From a bacterium (GTDB lineage: Bacteria > Zixibacteria > MSB-5A5 > GN15 > FEB-12): a stretch of 39,702 bases of DNA. A model generated the notes under the pieces. The model had not been told where the DNA came from. It ran no database searches and saw nothing but the letters and a program-made list of their open reading frames with translations. The position numbers and the translations under genes are program-made. The stretch lies in the NCBI GenBank assembly GCA_043826475.1, contig JBDRQG010000231.1, positions 1 through 39,702 on the forward strand, in the 5' to 3' direction. Positions 1 through 8,275 of this stretch are shown here, in pieces (positions within the stretch are counted from its first letter, which is position 1; the number at the start of each line of letters is the position of its first letter).

Positions 1-50
1 AACGCTTTTATCAACAAAACAAGATAGACAAAATTTATGATCAGAGTTAT

Positions 51-99
51 ATCAAATATCAAATTTCAAGTTTCAAATATCAAATATTAAATTTCAAAG
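51..99. repeat. Tandem ~7-bp array, consensus (A/T)TCAAAT, about seven units, directly upstream of the first gene
   Basis: Read directly: ATCAAAT ATCAAAT TTCAAG TTTCAAAT ATCAAAT ATTAAAT TTCAAAG. The array ends 7 nt before the ATG at 107. Confidence 0.6.
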
Positions 100-106
100 G
101 AATTCT

Positions 107-514
107 ATGTTCAAACCAAAAATAGTCGCATTTTTCTGTAAGTGGTGTACATCTGCAGGCGCTGACCTTGCAGGGACGTCAAGAATTACTTATAAACCAA
201 ATATCGTCGGTATCAGAGTTATGTGTTCGAGTCGAGTTGACCCTGAACATATTTTAAATGCCTTTAAAAATGGAGCCGATGGTGTCCTGATCGGAGGATG
301 CCACCCCGGTGATTGCCATTACCAGAGTGGTAATTATAAAACTCTAAAAAGGATTACTCTTTTAAAAAAGATGATAAATGACCTTGGTATTGATAAAAAC
401 CGCCTGAGATTAGAATGGATATCCGCAGCGGAAGGTAAGAGATTCACCCAGGTCATAGATGGGTTCACCGATGAAATCCAAAAATTAGGGAAATTGAAAA
501 TAGAACAACTGTGA
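107..514 (+). CDS. mvhD: MvhD/FlpD-type hydrogenase delta subunit (2Fe-2S electron-transfer protein)
   Basis: 135 aa with the family pattern CKWC...MCSSR...GGCHPGDCHYQSGNYK...LEWISA. Clustered with mvhG/mvhA-like genes. Confidence 0.85.
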   Translation: MFKPKIVAFFCKWCTSAGADLAGTSRITYKPNIVGIRVMCSSRVDPEHILNAFKNGADGVLIGGCHPGDCHYQSGNYKTLKRITLLKKMINDLGIDKNRLRLEWISAAEGKRFTQVIDGFTDEIQKLGKLKIEQL

Positions 515-969
515 AAAATATTATACTGGGTATCGGCAACAATATTCTTACCGATGACGGAATCGGGATTTACATTGTGAATCAATTGAAAAGCGATTTC
601 GTAAACGTAGAAATGATAACTACATCAAATTCCGGTTTTGGATTAGTTGACCAGATTGTGGATTACGACAGAGCCATTTTTATTGATTCAATATTAACCG
701 GAAGAAATGAGATCGGAGATGTTAACGTTTATTTTACAAAGGATTTTTCAAATCATATTCCATTCAGTATTCATTCCACAGATTTGATTTCTGCTCTTAA
801 GATTTCTAAAATATACGGGATGAATGTTCCCAAAGAAATCTATCTACTTGCGATTGAAATAAAGGACAATTTTACATTCAATGAAGGTTTTTCTGATGAA
901 ATCGAAGGGATGAAGGAAAGTATCTATAATAATGTAAAGGTAAGTGTTTGTGATATTTTAAAATGTTAG
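511..969 (+). CDS. [NiFe]-hydrogenase maturation endopeptidase (HybD/HycI/FrhD family)
   Basis: 152 aa. GTG start overlaps the mvhD stop (GTGA). N-terminal GIGNNILTDDGIGIY, and FIDS Asp and SIHS His at the expected metal-ligand positions. Confidence 0.85.
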   Translation: MKNIILGIGNNILTDDGIGIYIVNQLKSDFVNVEMITTSNSGFGLVDQIVDYDRAIFIDSILTGRNEIGDVNVYFTKDFSNHIPFSIHSTDLISALKISKIYGMNVPKEIYLLAIEIKDNFTFNEGFSDEIEGMKESIYNNVKVSVCDILKC

Positions 970-1076
970 ATTTAACCTTAATCTTCATCGAGCAAGAATT
1001 ATTGAAAAATGAAAAAAATAAATAATCATAAGGTAATGATTTTAATAAATTATAAGATTATTAGGAGGCCTAAATA

Positions 1077-1763
1077 ATGACAGATGATCGGATGATGGTA
1101 AGAGTTCAAATCATGGGTGAGTCTTATGAGGTACCGGAAGGCTCGACAATTATTATGGCGATGGAATACGCCGGTTACCAATTAAAAAGAGGAATAGGCT
1201 GTCGTGAAGGATTTTGTGGAGCATGTGCTACCCTTTATCGGGAAAAGAATGATTACAAAATCAAAGGTGGATTAGCCTGCCAAACGGTTGTTACCGATGG
1301 AATGGTGATCGCTCAGATTCCTTTTGTACCGGCAGAGAAACCGGTGTACGATATAAATGAATTAACGCCAGATATAAATACAATAAAGGCGATTTTCCCG
1401 ACTGTATTCCGCTGCGTTGCCTGTAATACTTGCACAAAAGCGTGTCCGCAAGATATAGAAGTAATGGATTATATACAGGCTTTAAAACGAGGCAATATTG
1501 AGCGAGCCGCTGATCTATCATTTGATTGTATTCGTTGTGGCTTATGCGCATTGAGATGCCCTGCTGAGATTGTGCAATATAACGCTGCCATTCTTGCACA
1601 AAGATTGTATGGGAAGTATCTTTCCAAGAAAAATCCCCAGTTGGATAAGCGGGTTAAAGAAATTGAAGATGGAAAATATACTGAGGAAATAAATGAATTG
1701 ATGGACATGGACCGGGAAAAGTTGACAAAAACATACTATAACAGAGAAATAAAAATATCCTAA
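1077..1763 (+). CDS. SdhB/FrdB-like iron-sulfur subunit (2Fe-2S plus two 4Fe-4S motifs)
   Basis: 228 aa. CREGFCGAC..C (Cx4Cx2C..C), then CVACNTCTKACP and CIRCGLCALRCP. AGGAGG RBS upstream. Immediately precedes the flavoprotein gene. Confidence 0.75.
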   Translation: MTDDRMMVRVQIMGESYEVPEGSTIIMAMEYAGYQLKRGIGCREGFCGACATLYREKNDYKIKGGLACQTVVTDGMVIAQIPFVPAEKPVYDINELTPDINTIKAIFPTVFRCVACNTCTKACPQDIEVMDYIQALKRGNIERAADLSFDCIRCGLCALRCPAEIVQYNAAILAQRLYGKYLSKKNPQLDKRVKEIEDGKYTEEINELMDMDREKLTKTYYNREIKIS

Positions 1764-1799
1764 GGAATTAAAATGAAGATAAAGAAATAAGGAGCAAAA

Positions 1800-3473
1800 A
1801 TGTATCCAGATTATATGTTAGAGTCCATTAAAAAAGTCGAAGAGACAAGACCTGGGCGTTTAGAAAAGTCAAAGAAATACGGTAAAGAAGTTTTTCCACA
1901 CATGACTGATAAGGAAAGGGGAAAAATTCTATCGAAATTTCATCCCGATTATAAAGAAGGAGCCCGTAAGGAAGTTCGTGTAGGTCCTAATAAAGGCGAA
2001 ATATTGACAACCGAAATTTCGGACCTTTTAGAATCCTATTCACGAATTAACCCGAAAGATTTTAATCTCGATGTAATAGATTATGAAACTGATGTTTTGG
2101 TGATTGGTGCTGGTTCAGCGGGGATGGCGTCGGCACTTGTTGCTGCGAAAAATGGAAGCAACGTTCTAATCGTTACTAAATTGAGACTCGGTGATTCAAA
2201 TTCTATGATGGCGGAAGGCGGAATTCAAGCGGCAGACCAACGCGATGATTCACCTACTATGCACTACCTTGATGTTATAGGGGGCGGTCATTTCGATAAT
2301 AAACCTGAATTAGTTCTTGCCCTTGTTTCAGATGGGCCTGAATCGATAAAATGGTTGGAAGAATTAGGAGTTATTTTCGATAAAAATCCCGATGGATCGA
2401 TGTTAGTGAAATCGGGCGGAGGAACTTCCCGGAACCGTATGCATTCCTGTCGAGATTATACCGGAGCCGGTATCTGTAGAGTGCTGCGTGATGAAGTTTA
2501 TAATTTACCTGATAAAATAAAATATATCGAATATTCTCCGGTTGTCGAACTTATTCTTGACGATAATGGTCAAGCTGTTGGAGCTGTCATCTATCACCTT
2601 GAGACGAAACAGTACTCAACTATTAAAGCAAAATCGATCATAATGTCAACCGGTGGATTTGGAAGGTTACATATTAGAGGTTTTGAAACGACGAATCATT
2701 ATGGTGCAACGGCAGATGGGATTATTCTTGGCTACCGGGTAGGTGCTAAATTATTATTTATGGATTCTGTTCAATATCATCCGACCGGGGCAGTGTATCC
2801 CGAGCAGATAGTCGGTTTCTTATGCACGGAAAAAATCAGAGCTCTCGGCGCTCAACCTGTAAATGCCGATGGGGAATTGTTTGTTTATGCTATGGAACCG
2901 CGAGATGTTGAAGCCTCTGCTTTTATTCGTGAATGTTTAGAGCGGAAAAATGGAATTACAACTCCATCCGGATTGTGCGGAATTTGGCTTGATTCCCCGC
3001 TTATCGATCAGATTGACGGACAGGGAACGATTGATAAGAATCTTCCGGGAATGGTCAGGCAGTTCGGTCGTTTTGACATTGACATCCGAAAATATCCGAT
3101 GCTTGTCTATCCAACATTACATTATCAGAATGGCGGAATTGAGATAAATGATAGATGTGAAACGAATATCCCGGGACTCTATGTAGCGGGTGAAACTTCC
3201 GGTGGAGTTCATGGAAGAAATAGACTGATGGGAAATTCTCAGTTAGACCTGATAGTATTCGGGAGGCGCGCAGGTTTGAATGCATCAAAGCGTGCAAACA
3301 AGGGAGTGAAAATAGGAAAACTTTCTTTACAGCATATCTACGATTATGAAAAGGAAGTTGCCGATTTAGATATTAACAGAAAGAAAATCGCTCCGATATT
3401 GCTCCCCGATTATATTCCCGAGCATGTAAAACAAAAACAGATAACTGCTGAATATTTTGGGACTTTAATATAA
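1800..3473 (+). CDS. FAD flavoprotein of the succinate dehydrogenase / fumarate reductase / L-aspartate oxidase family, with an N-terminal extension
   Basis: 557 aa. DVLVIGAGSAGMASA dinucleotide fold starts near residue 98. MAEGGIQAA, VQYHPTG and GLYVAGETSGGVHGRNRLMGNS motifs are typical of FrdA/SdhA. GGAG RBS upstream. Confidence 0.8.
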   Translation: MYPDYMLESIKKVEETRPGRLEKSKKYGKEVFPHMTDKERGKILSKFHPDYKEGARKEVRVGPNKGEILTTEISDLLESYSRINPKDFNLDVIDYETDVLVIGAGSAGMASALVAAKNGSNVLIVTKLRLGDSNSMMAEGGIQAADQRDDSPTMHYLDVIGGGHFDNKPELVLALVSDGPESIKWLEELGVIFDKNPDGSMLVKSGGGTSRNRMHSCRDYTGAGICRVLRDEVYNLPDKIKYIEYSPVVELILDDNGQAVGAVIYHLETKQYSTIKAKSIIMSTGGFGRLHIRGFETTNHYGATADGIILGYRVGAKLLFMDSVQYHPTGAVYPEQIVGFLCTEKIRALGAQPVNADGELFVYAMEPRDVEASAFIRECLERKNGITTPSGLCGIWLDSPLIDQIDGQGTIDKNLPGMVRQFGRFDIDIRKYPMLVYPTLHYQNGGIEINDRCETNIPGLYVAGETSGGVHGRNRLMGNSQLDLIVFGRRAGLNASKRANKGVKIGKLSLQHIYDYEKEVADLDINRKKIAPILLPDYIPEHVKQKQITAEYFGTLI

Positions 3474-3484
3474 AAGGAGGTTAT

Positions 3485-4465
3485 ATGGCAAAACCAAAAG
3501 TAGCGTTCTATTGGTGTGCATCTTGTGGTGGATGCGAGGAAGCAGTAGTTGACCTTGCAGAAGATATCCTAACTGTAACTGATGCAGTTGATATTGTTTT
3601 ATGGCCTGTTGCTCTTGATTTTAAAAAGAAAGATGTCGAGGCAATGCAAGATAATGAAATTGCAGTATCTTTCATCAATGGTGCAATCAGGACAAGTGAA
3701 CAGGAAGAAATGGTAAATCTTTTGAGGAAAAAGTCAGGATTAGTTGTCGCTTTCGGTTCGTGCGCCCATATAGGCGGAATACCGGGGCTGGCAAATTTCT
3801 CGAACAGAGAGGAAATTTTCGATTATGTTTATACGAAAACTCCTTCGACAATGAATCCGGCGAAGACGACTCCTCAAACGAATACAGTAGTTGACGGTTA
3901 TGAACTTGAGATACCTGAATTTTACAATACTGTAAAAACTTTAGACCAAACTATCGCTGTTGATTATTACCTTCCCGGCTGCGCACCACCGCCCGATCTG
4001 ATTATGAATGCTGTGATGGCAATTCTAAAGGGTGAACTTCCGGAAAAAGGCGCTGTGCTTGCTCCGGATAAATCATTATGTGACACTTGCCCGAGAAATG
4101 ATTCGAAGCCGGAGAAATTGATGATGAGCGAAATTAAACGACCTCATACAGTAGAAATGGATCCGGAAAAATGTTTTCTTGTAGAAGGGGTAATTTGTCT
4201 CGGTCCTGCTACACGTTCAGGTTGTGGTGAACGCTGTATCAATGCGAATATGCCTTGCAGAGGCTGTTTTGGACCGGTAAAAGGTGTTTCAGATTTCGGC
4301 GCAAAATCACTCTCGGCGATTGCATCGATAATGGGCATTGAAGGCGAGGAAAAGATGACCGATGAAGATATTCAGAAATTGGTTGATCAGATTCCTGATC
4401 CGGCGGGTCTTTTCTATATGTATAGCTTGCCTTCATCGTTATTGAGAAGGAAAGTGATGACATAA
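3485..4465 (+). CDS. mvhG: Cytoplasmic [NiFe]-hydrogenase small subunit, MvhG-like
   Basis: 326 aa. N-terminal FYWCASCGGCEE, FGSCAHIGGIPG, YLPGCAPPP, and a C-terminal Cys-rich region (CDTCPR, CLGPATRSGCGERC, CRGCFGP) for medial and distal clusters. AGGAGG RBS. Confidence 0.85.
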   Translation: MAKPKVAFYWCASCGGCEEAVVDLAEDILTVTDAVDIVLWPVALDFKKKDVEAMQDNEIAVSFINGAIRTSEQEEMVNLLRKKSGLVVAFGSCAHIGGIPGLANFSNREEIFDYVYTKTPSTMNPAKTTPQTNTVVDGYELEIPEFYNTVKTLDQTIAVDYYLPGCAPPPDLIMNAVMAILKGELPEKGAVLAPDKSLCDTCPRNDSKPEKLMMSEIKRPHTVEMDPEKCFLVEGVICLGPATRSGCGERCINANMPCRGCFGPVKGVSDFGAKSLSAIASIMGIEGEEKMTDEDIQKLVDQIPDPAGLFYMYSLPSSLLRRKVMT

Positions 4466-4727
4466 ATCCATGGGAATGATTGAATGGATAAATGAATGGA
4501 AAGTAAATTTGTACGATTTATTGCAAAGAATAGAAATCAAATTGAGAAAATTAAAAGTAATGAGCAATGGGGTTCAGGTTATTGAAATAAAGAAATAATT
4601 GCAGAATACGGAAAAAAGAATCATGATTAGTATCCCATTCAAACATTCAACTTAAAAAAATGTAGATATACTATATGAAAATATCTGCTACTGCTAATAA
4701 AACTTTAGTCAAGAAGAGGAGGCAAAA

Positions 4728-6191
4728 TTGACAAAAAGAATAACAATTGACCCGATTACAAGACTTGAGGGTCACGGAAAAATTGAAATATTTCTTAATG
4801 ACGAAGGTAATGTGGAAAGAGCCTTCCTTCAAGTTCCCGAATTGCGAGGATTTGAAAAATTTTCTATAGGACGTATGGCAGAAGAAATGCCGAGAATTAC
4901 ACCCAAAATCTGTGGTGTTTGTCCGACTGCTCACCACATGGCTTCAGGAAAAGCGTTGGATGATCTTTTCAACGTTGAACCGCCCCCGGCAGCTAAAAAA
5001 ATCAGAGAATTGATCAATTCAGCTTTTATGGCGGAAGACCATACGCTTCATTTCTTCTTTCTTGGAGGACCAGATTTTATTGTCGGTCCAACTGCCGAAG
5101 CAGGAGCAAGGAACATTCTGGGCGTTATCCAGAAAGTTGGACTTGAAGCAGGTAAGAAAGTTATCGATATCAGAAAAAAATTAAGGGGAATTATTACAAA
5201 ACAGGGCGGTCGAGTTATTCATCCTGTTTGTAATCTTCCCGGCGGTGTTTCTAAAGGTGTTACCAAAGAAGATAGAGATGAATACATTCAAATTGGAAAG
5301 GAGGCCATTGAATTTTCAAAGTTCACTCTTTCGGCATTTAAAGACATCGTACTCAAGAATAAAGATTATGTCGATTTAATTGTTGGTGATATTTACAAAC
5401 ACAGCACCTATTATATGGGACTTGTTGATGAGAATAACAAGGTGAATTTTTATGACGGCGAAGTGCGAGTGGTTGACCCGGAAGGTAATGAGTTTGTAAA
5501 ATTTAAACCTGATGAATATTTAAAGCATATCGAAGAACATGTCGAACCGTGGAGTTATATTAAATTTCCATACCTGAAGAATGTTGGCTGGAAAGGATTC
5601 GTCGATGGGAAAAATAGCGGTATCTATCGCGTAGCGCCTCTGGCAAGATTGAACGCATCTGACGGAATGGCAACACCATTAGCCCAGACCGAATACGAGC
5701 AGCTGTATGAAACTCTTGGCGGAAAACCTGCACACAACACCCTGGCATATCACTGGGCAAGGCTCATTGAACTTCTTTATGCTTCCGAAAGACTACTGGA
5801 ACTTGCAGGGGATAAAGAGATACTTGACCCGAATATCAGGACAATTCCTACATCATTACCTGATGAAGGTATCGGCATAGTCGAAGCGCCGAGAGGCACG
5901 CTTTTTCATCATTATAAATCCGATAAAAATGGAATTCTGACTGATGTAAATTTAATCGTTGCGACACTAAATAACTCCGCAGCTATGTGCATGTCTATCG
6001 AAAAAGCAGCCAAAGGAGTTATTAAAAATGGTAAAGTATCCGACGGATTACTGAACATGGTGGAAATGGCATTCAGAGCTTATGATCCTTGCCTTGCTTG
6101 TGCAACTCATTCACTTCCCGGGCAAATGCCGTTAGAGGTAAAAATCCGCGATATAAAAACTGGTGAAGTAATAAAAACTTTAAGAAGTTAA
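4728..6191 (+). CDS. mvhA: Cytoplasmic [NiFe]-hydrogenase large subunit, MvhA-like (group 3)
   Basis: 487 aa. TTG start 6 nt after GAGGAGG. RLEGHG, ICGVCPTAHH (L1) and DPCLACATH (L2) Ni-Fe ligand motifs, followed by a 26-aa C-terminal tail. Confidence 0.9.
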   Translation: MTKRITIDPITRLEGHGKIEIFLNDEGNVERAFLQVPELRGFEKFSIGRMAEEMPRITPKICGVCPTAHHMASGKALDDLFNVEPPPAAKKIRELINSAFMAEDHTLHFFFLGGPDFIVGPTAEAGARNILGVIQKVGLEAGKKVIDIRKKLRGIITKQGGRVIHPVCNLPGGVSKGVTKEDRDEYIQIGKEAIEFSKFTLSAFKDIVLKNKDYVDLIVGDIYKHSTYYMGLVDENNKVNFYDGEVRVVDPEGNEFVKFKPDEYLKHIEEHVEPWSYIKFPYLKNVGWKGFVDGKNSGIYRVAPLARLNASDGMATPLAQTEYEQLYETLGGKPAHNTLAYHWARLIELLYASERLLELAGDKEILDPNIRTIPTSLPDEGIGIVEAPRGTLFHHYKSDKNGILTDVNLIVATLNNSAAMCMSIEKAAKGVIKNGKVSDGLLNMVEMAFRAYDPCLACATHSLPGQMPLEVKIRDIKTGEVIKTLRS

Positions 6192-6272
6192 TGTTTATTA
6201 CCTATTCCTTTTATAATTTTGTTGTGAGTTATTTCTATATTTTATGTAATTATAAAATATTAAGGAGGAAAA

Positions 6273-7700
6273 ATGGAATTGGACCTTGAAAAATTAATAA
6301 AGATAGTAGGGAAGGAAAATGTAAGGTCTGACCCCGCCGATCTTATTGTATATGGTTCGGATTCATCGGTTCACGAGGCGCCGGCATCAGCTGTTGTAAG
6401 ACCTGAAAATGTCGAACATGTTCAGGAAATTGTTCGTTATGCAAATTCAAATAAAATACCAATAATACCCAGAGGTGCGGGTTCAGGAATGTCCGGTCAG
6501 GCGGTCCCGATAAATGGCGGAATTGTATTGGATATGAAAAAGATGAATCATGTTCTTGAAATCAATCTCGCAGATGTTTATTGCAGAGTCGAACCAGGTG
6601 TCGTGGATGATGATTTAAATCGTGTTTTACTGCCTTATGGTGTATTTTATCCTCCCACTCCTGCGTCAAGTAGAGTGGCTACGATTGGCGGTGAAATTGC
6701 TAATAATGCAAGTGGTGTGAGGTCGGTCAAATATGGAGCCGTGCGGGATTATGTACTTGGGATGAAGGTCGTGATGGCAAATGGTGATCTGGCTTCATTT
6801 GGATGCAGAACAAGGGTTGAAGCCTCGGGTTATCAGCTCGATCGACTAATGGTCGGTTCTGAGGGGACTCTTGGTATCATTGTTGAAGCAACATTAAGAT
6901 TTGCACCTATTCCAAAATTTAGATGTATGGGTACTGCAAACTATAACAAGCTTGAGGAGGCCGGCGATACAATTGCTGAAATTATGGCGAGCGGTTGTCA
7001 GCCCTCTTTATTAGAATTGATGGATAATGTTGCGATAACAGCGGTGAATAAAGCGCTGAATTTAGGGCTTCCTGATGTAGAAGCTATTTTAATGTTCGAA
7101 GCTGATGGAATGGTTAAAGAAGCGGTTGATTTTGAAGTGGAAAAAATAAAAGCAGTTTGTGAAAAACACAATGGCTTTGGAATCGAATTAAGTTATGATG
7201 CAAAGGAACGTACCCGTATTTTTTCAGGAAGGAAAAAATTATTTCCGGCATTGTCAAAATATCAAGAGCTTCTCGCATGCACCTCTCTGGCCGATGACAT
7301 GGCTGTTCCTTATTCGAAAATGGCAGAAACCGCCCGGAAGATTCATGAAATCGCTAAAAGGAATAATGTTATTATGACTGCTTATGGACATTGTGGCTCC
7401 GGTTGTATGCATACAAAAATATTAATGGATCCTACAAAAAAATCACAGTGGGAAGATGCGAGAAATGCTGTTGCCGAAACCTACGATTATGTTCGTTCTG
7501 TCGGTGGAACAACCTCTGCTGAACACGGCATTGGATTATCAAAAGCACCTGCTTTTAAAATAGAGAAACATGATTCACTTAATATCATGCGTGCTGTGAA
7601 AAAGGCTCTCGATCCCAATAATATTTTGAATCCAGGTAAATTAATGGATGCTCCCGATGATTGGGTAACTGCGACAAGACTCAGATATAAACATAATTAA
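6273..7700 (+). CDS. FAD-linked oxidase of the GlcD / D-lactate dehydrogenase family
   Basis: 475 aa. PRGAGSGMSGQAVP FAD-binding (PCMH-type) motif, C-terminal SAEHGIGLSK and LDPNNILNPGK typical of GlcD/D-LDH. AGGAGG RBS. Confidence 0.8.
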   Translation: MELDLEKLIKIVGKENVRSDPADLIVYGSDSSVHEAPASAVVRPENVEHVQEIVRYANSNKIPIIPRGAGSGMSGQAVPINGGIVLDMKKMNHVLEINLADVYCRVEPGVVDDDLNRVLLPYGVFYPPTPASSRVATIGGEIANNASGVRSVKYGAVRDYVLGMKVVMANGDLASFGCRTRVEASGYQLDRLMVGSEGTLGIIVEATLRFAPIPKFRCMGTANYNKLEEAGDTIAEIMASGCQPSLLELMDNVAITAVNKALNLGLPDVEAILMFEADGMVKEAVDFEVEKIKAVCEKHNGFGIELSYDAKERTRIFSGRKKLFPALSKYQELLACTSLADDMAVPYSKMAETARKIHEIAKRNNVIMTAYGHCGSGCMHTKILMDPTKKSQWEDARNAVAETYDYVRSVGGTTSAEHGIGLSKAPAFKIEKHDSLNIMRAVKKALDPNNILNPGKLMDAPDDWVTATRLRYKHN

Positions 7701-7717
7701 TTGGTAGGAAGAAAATA

Positions 7718-8275
7718 ATGGAATTGAATAATTTGAAAAAATGGCAGGATAAACTGCATGTTTGTATTCGATGTGGTTATTGCTTCGAGCATTGCCACCT
7801 TTTCAAGATTACAGGCTGGGAATCTGATTCTCCCCGTGGTAAACTTATTATGCTTCATGGGTTACTTCAGGGTGATATAAAGCCTTCGGATTACCTCGCT
7901 GAAAAGATGTTTGAATGTTATATGTGTAAACGATGCGAGGCTTCCTGTTCTGCCAAAGTCGAAGTCACCGAAGTGTTCATGGATGCAAGAGTAGATTTTG
8001 CTGAAGCGGGTTATGATGTTGTAGGCACAACTTCAGGAACGAATGACGATTTGTGCTGTCGATGTCAAGTATGTATTACAGTTTGTAAACACGAGGCGAG
8101 ATCACTGGACAAAGAAAATAAAAAAATAGTTATCGACAAAGTTAAATGTCAGAGTTGCGGCGGTTGTGTTGCCGCATGTCCTTCTGGAGCTGCGTATAGT
8201 CAAGAAGGTTTTAGACTTACTCCGAACGAGTTACGTGAACAAGTTGTAAATTATCTTGCAGGAGGTGTCGAATGA
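7718..8275 (+). CDS. Poly-ferredoxin Fe-S protein: GlcF/HdrD-type N-terminal half without CCG domains, plus a 2x[4Fe-4S] ferredoxin half
   Basis: 185 aa. CIRCGYCFEHC...DSPRGK...CYMCKRCEASC, then CCRCQVCITVC and CQSCGGCVAACP. Confidence 0.7.
   Translation: MELNNLKKWQDKLHVCIRCGYCFEHCHLFKITGWESDSPRGKLIMLHGLLQGDIKPSDYLAEKMFECYMCKRCEASCSAKVEVTEVFMDARVDFAEAGYDVVGTTSGTNDDLCCRCQVCITVCKHEARSLDKENKKIVIDKVKCQSCGGCVAACPSGAAYSQEGFRLTPNELREQVVNYLAGGVE

Noticed and set aside
1009-1077. 22-codon uORF (MKKINNHKVMILINYKIIRRPK) whose stop overlaps the start of the SdhB-like gene (TAATG)
   Set aside because: Its Lys/Ile/Asn composition simply mirrors the AT-rich spacer, it has no RBS of its own, and it contains the downstream gene's AGGAGG. 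It is probably fortuitous.
6214-6221. TAATTTTG, an exact match to the Bacteroidota-type -7 promoter motif (TAnnTTTG), upstream of the GlcD-like gene; considered as a taxonomic clue
   Set aside because: I did not find the motif recurring upstream of other operons. Most genes here have strong AGGAGG Shine-Dalgarno sites, which argues against a Bacteroidota-style expression system. The taxon is left unassigned.
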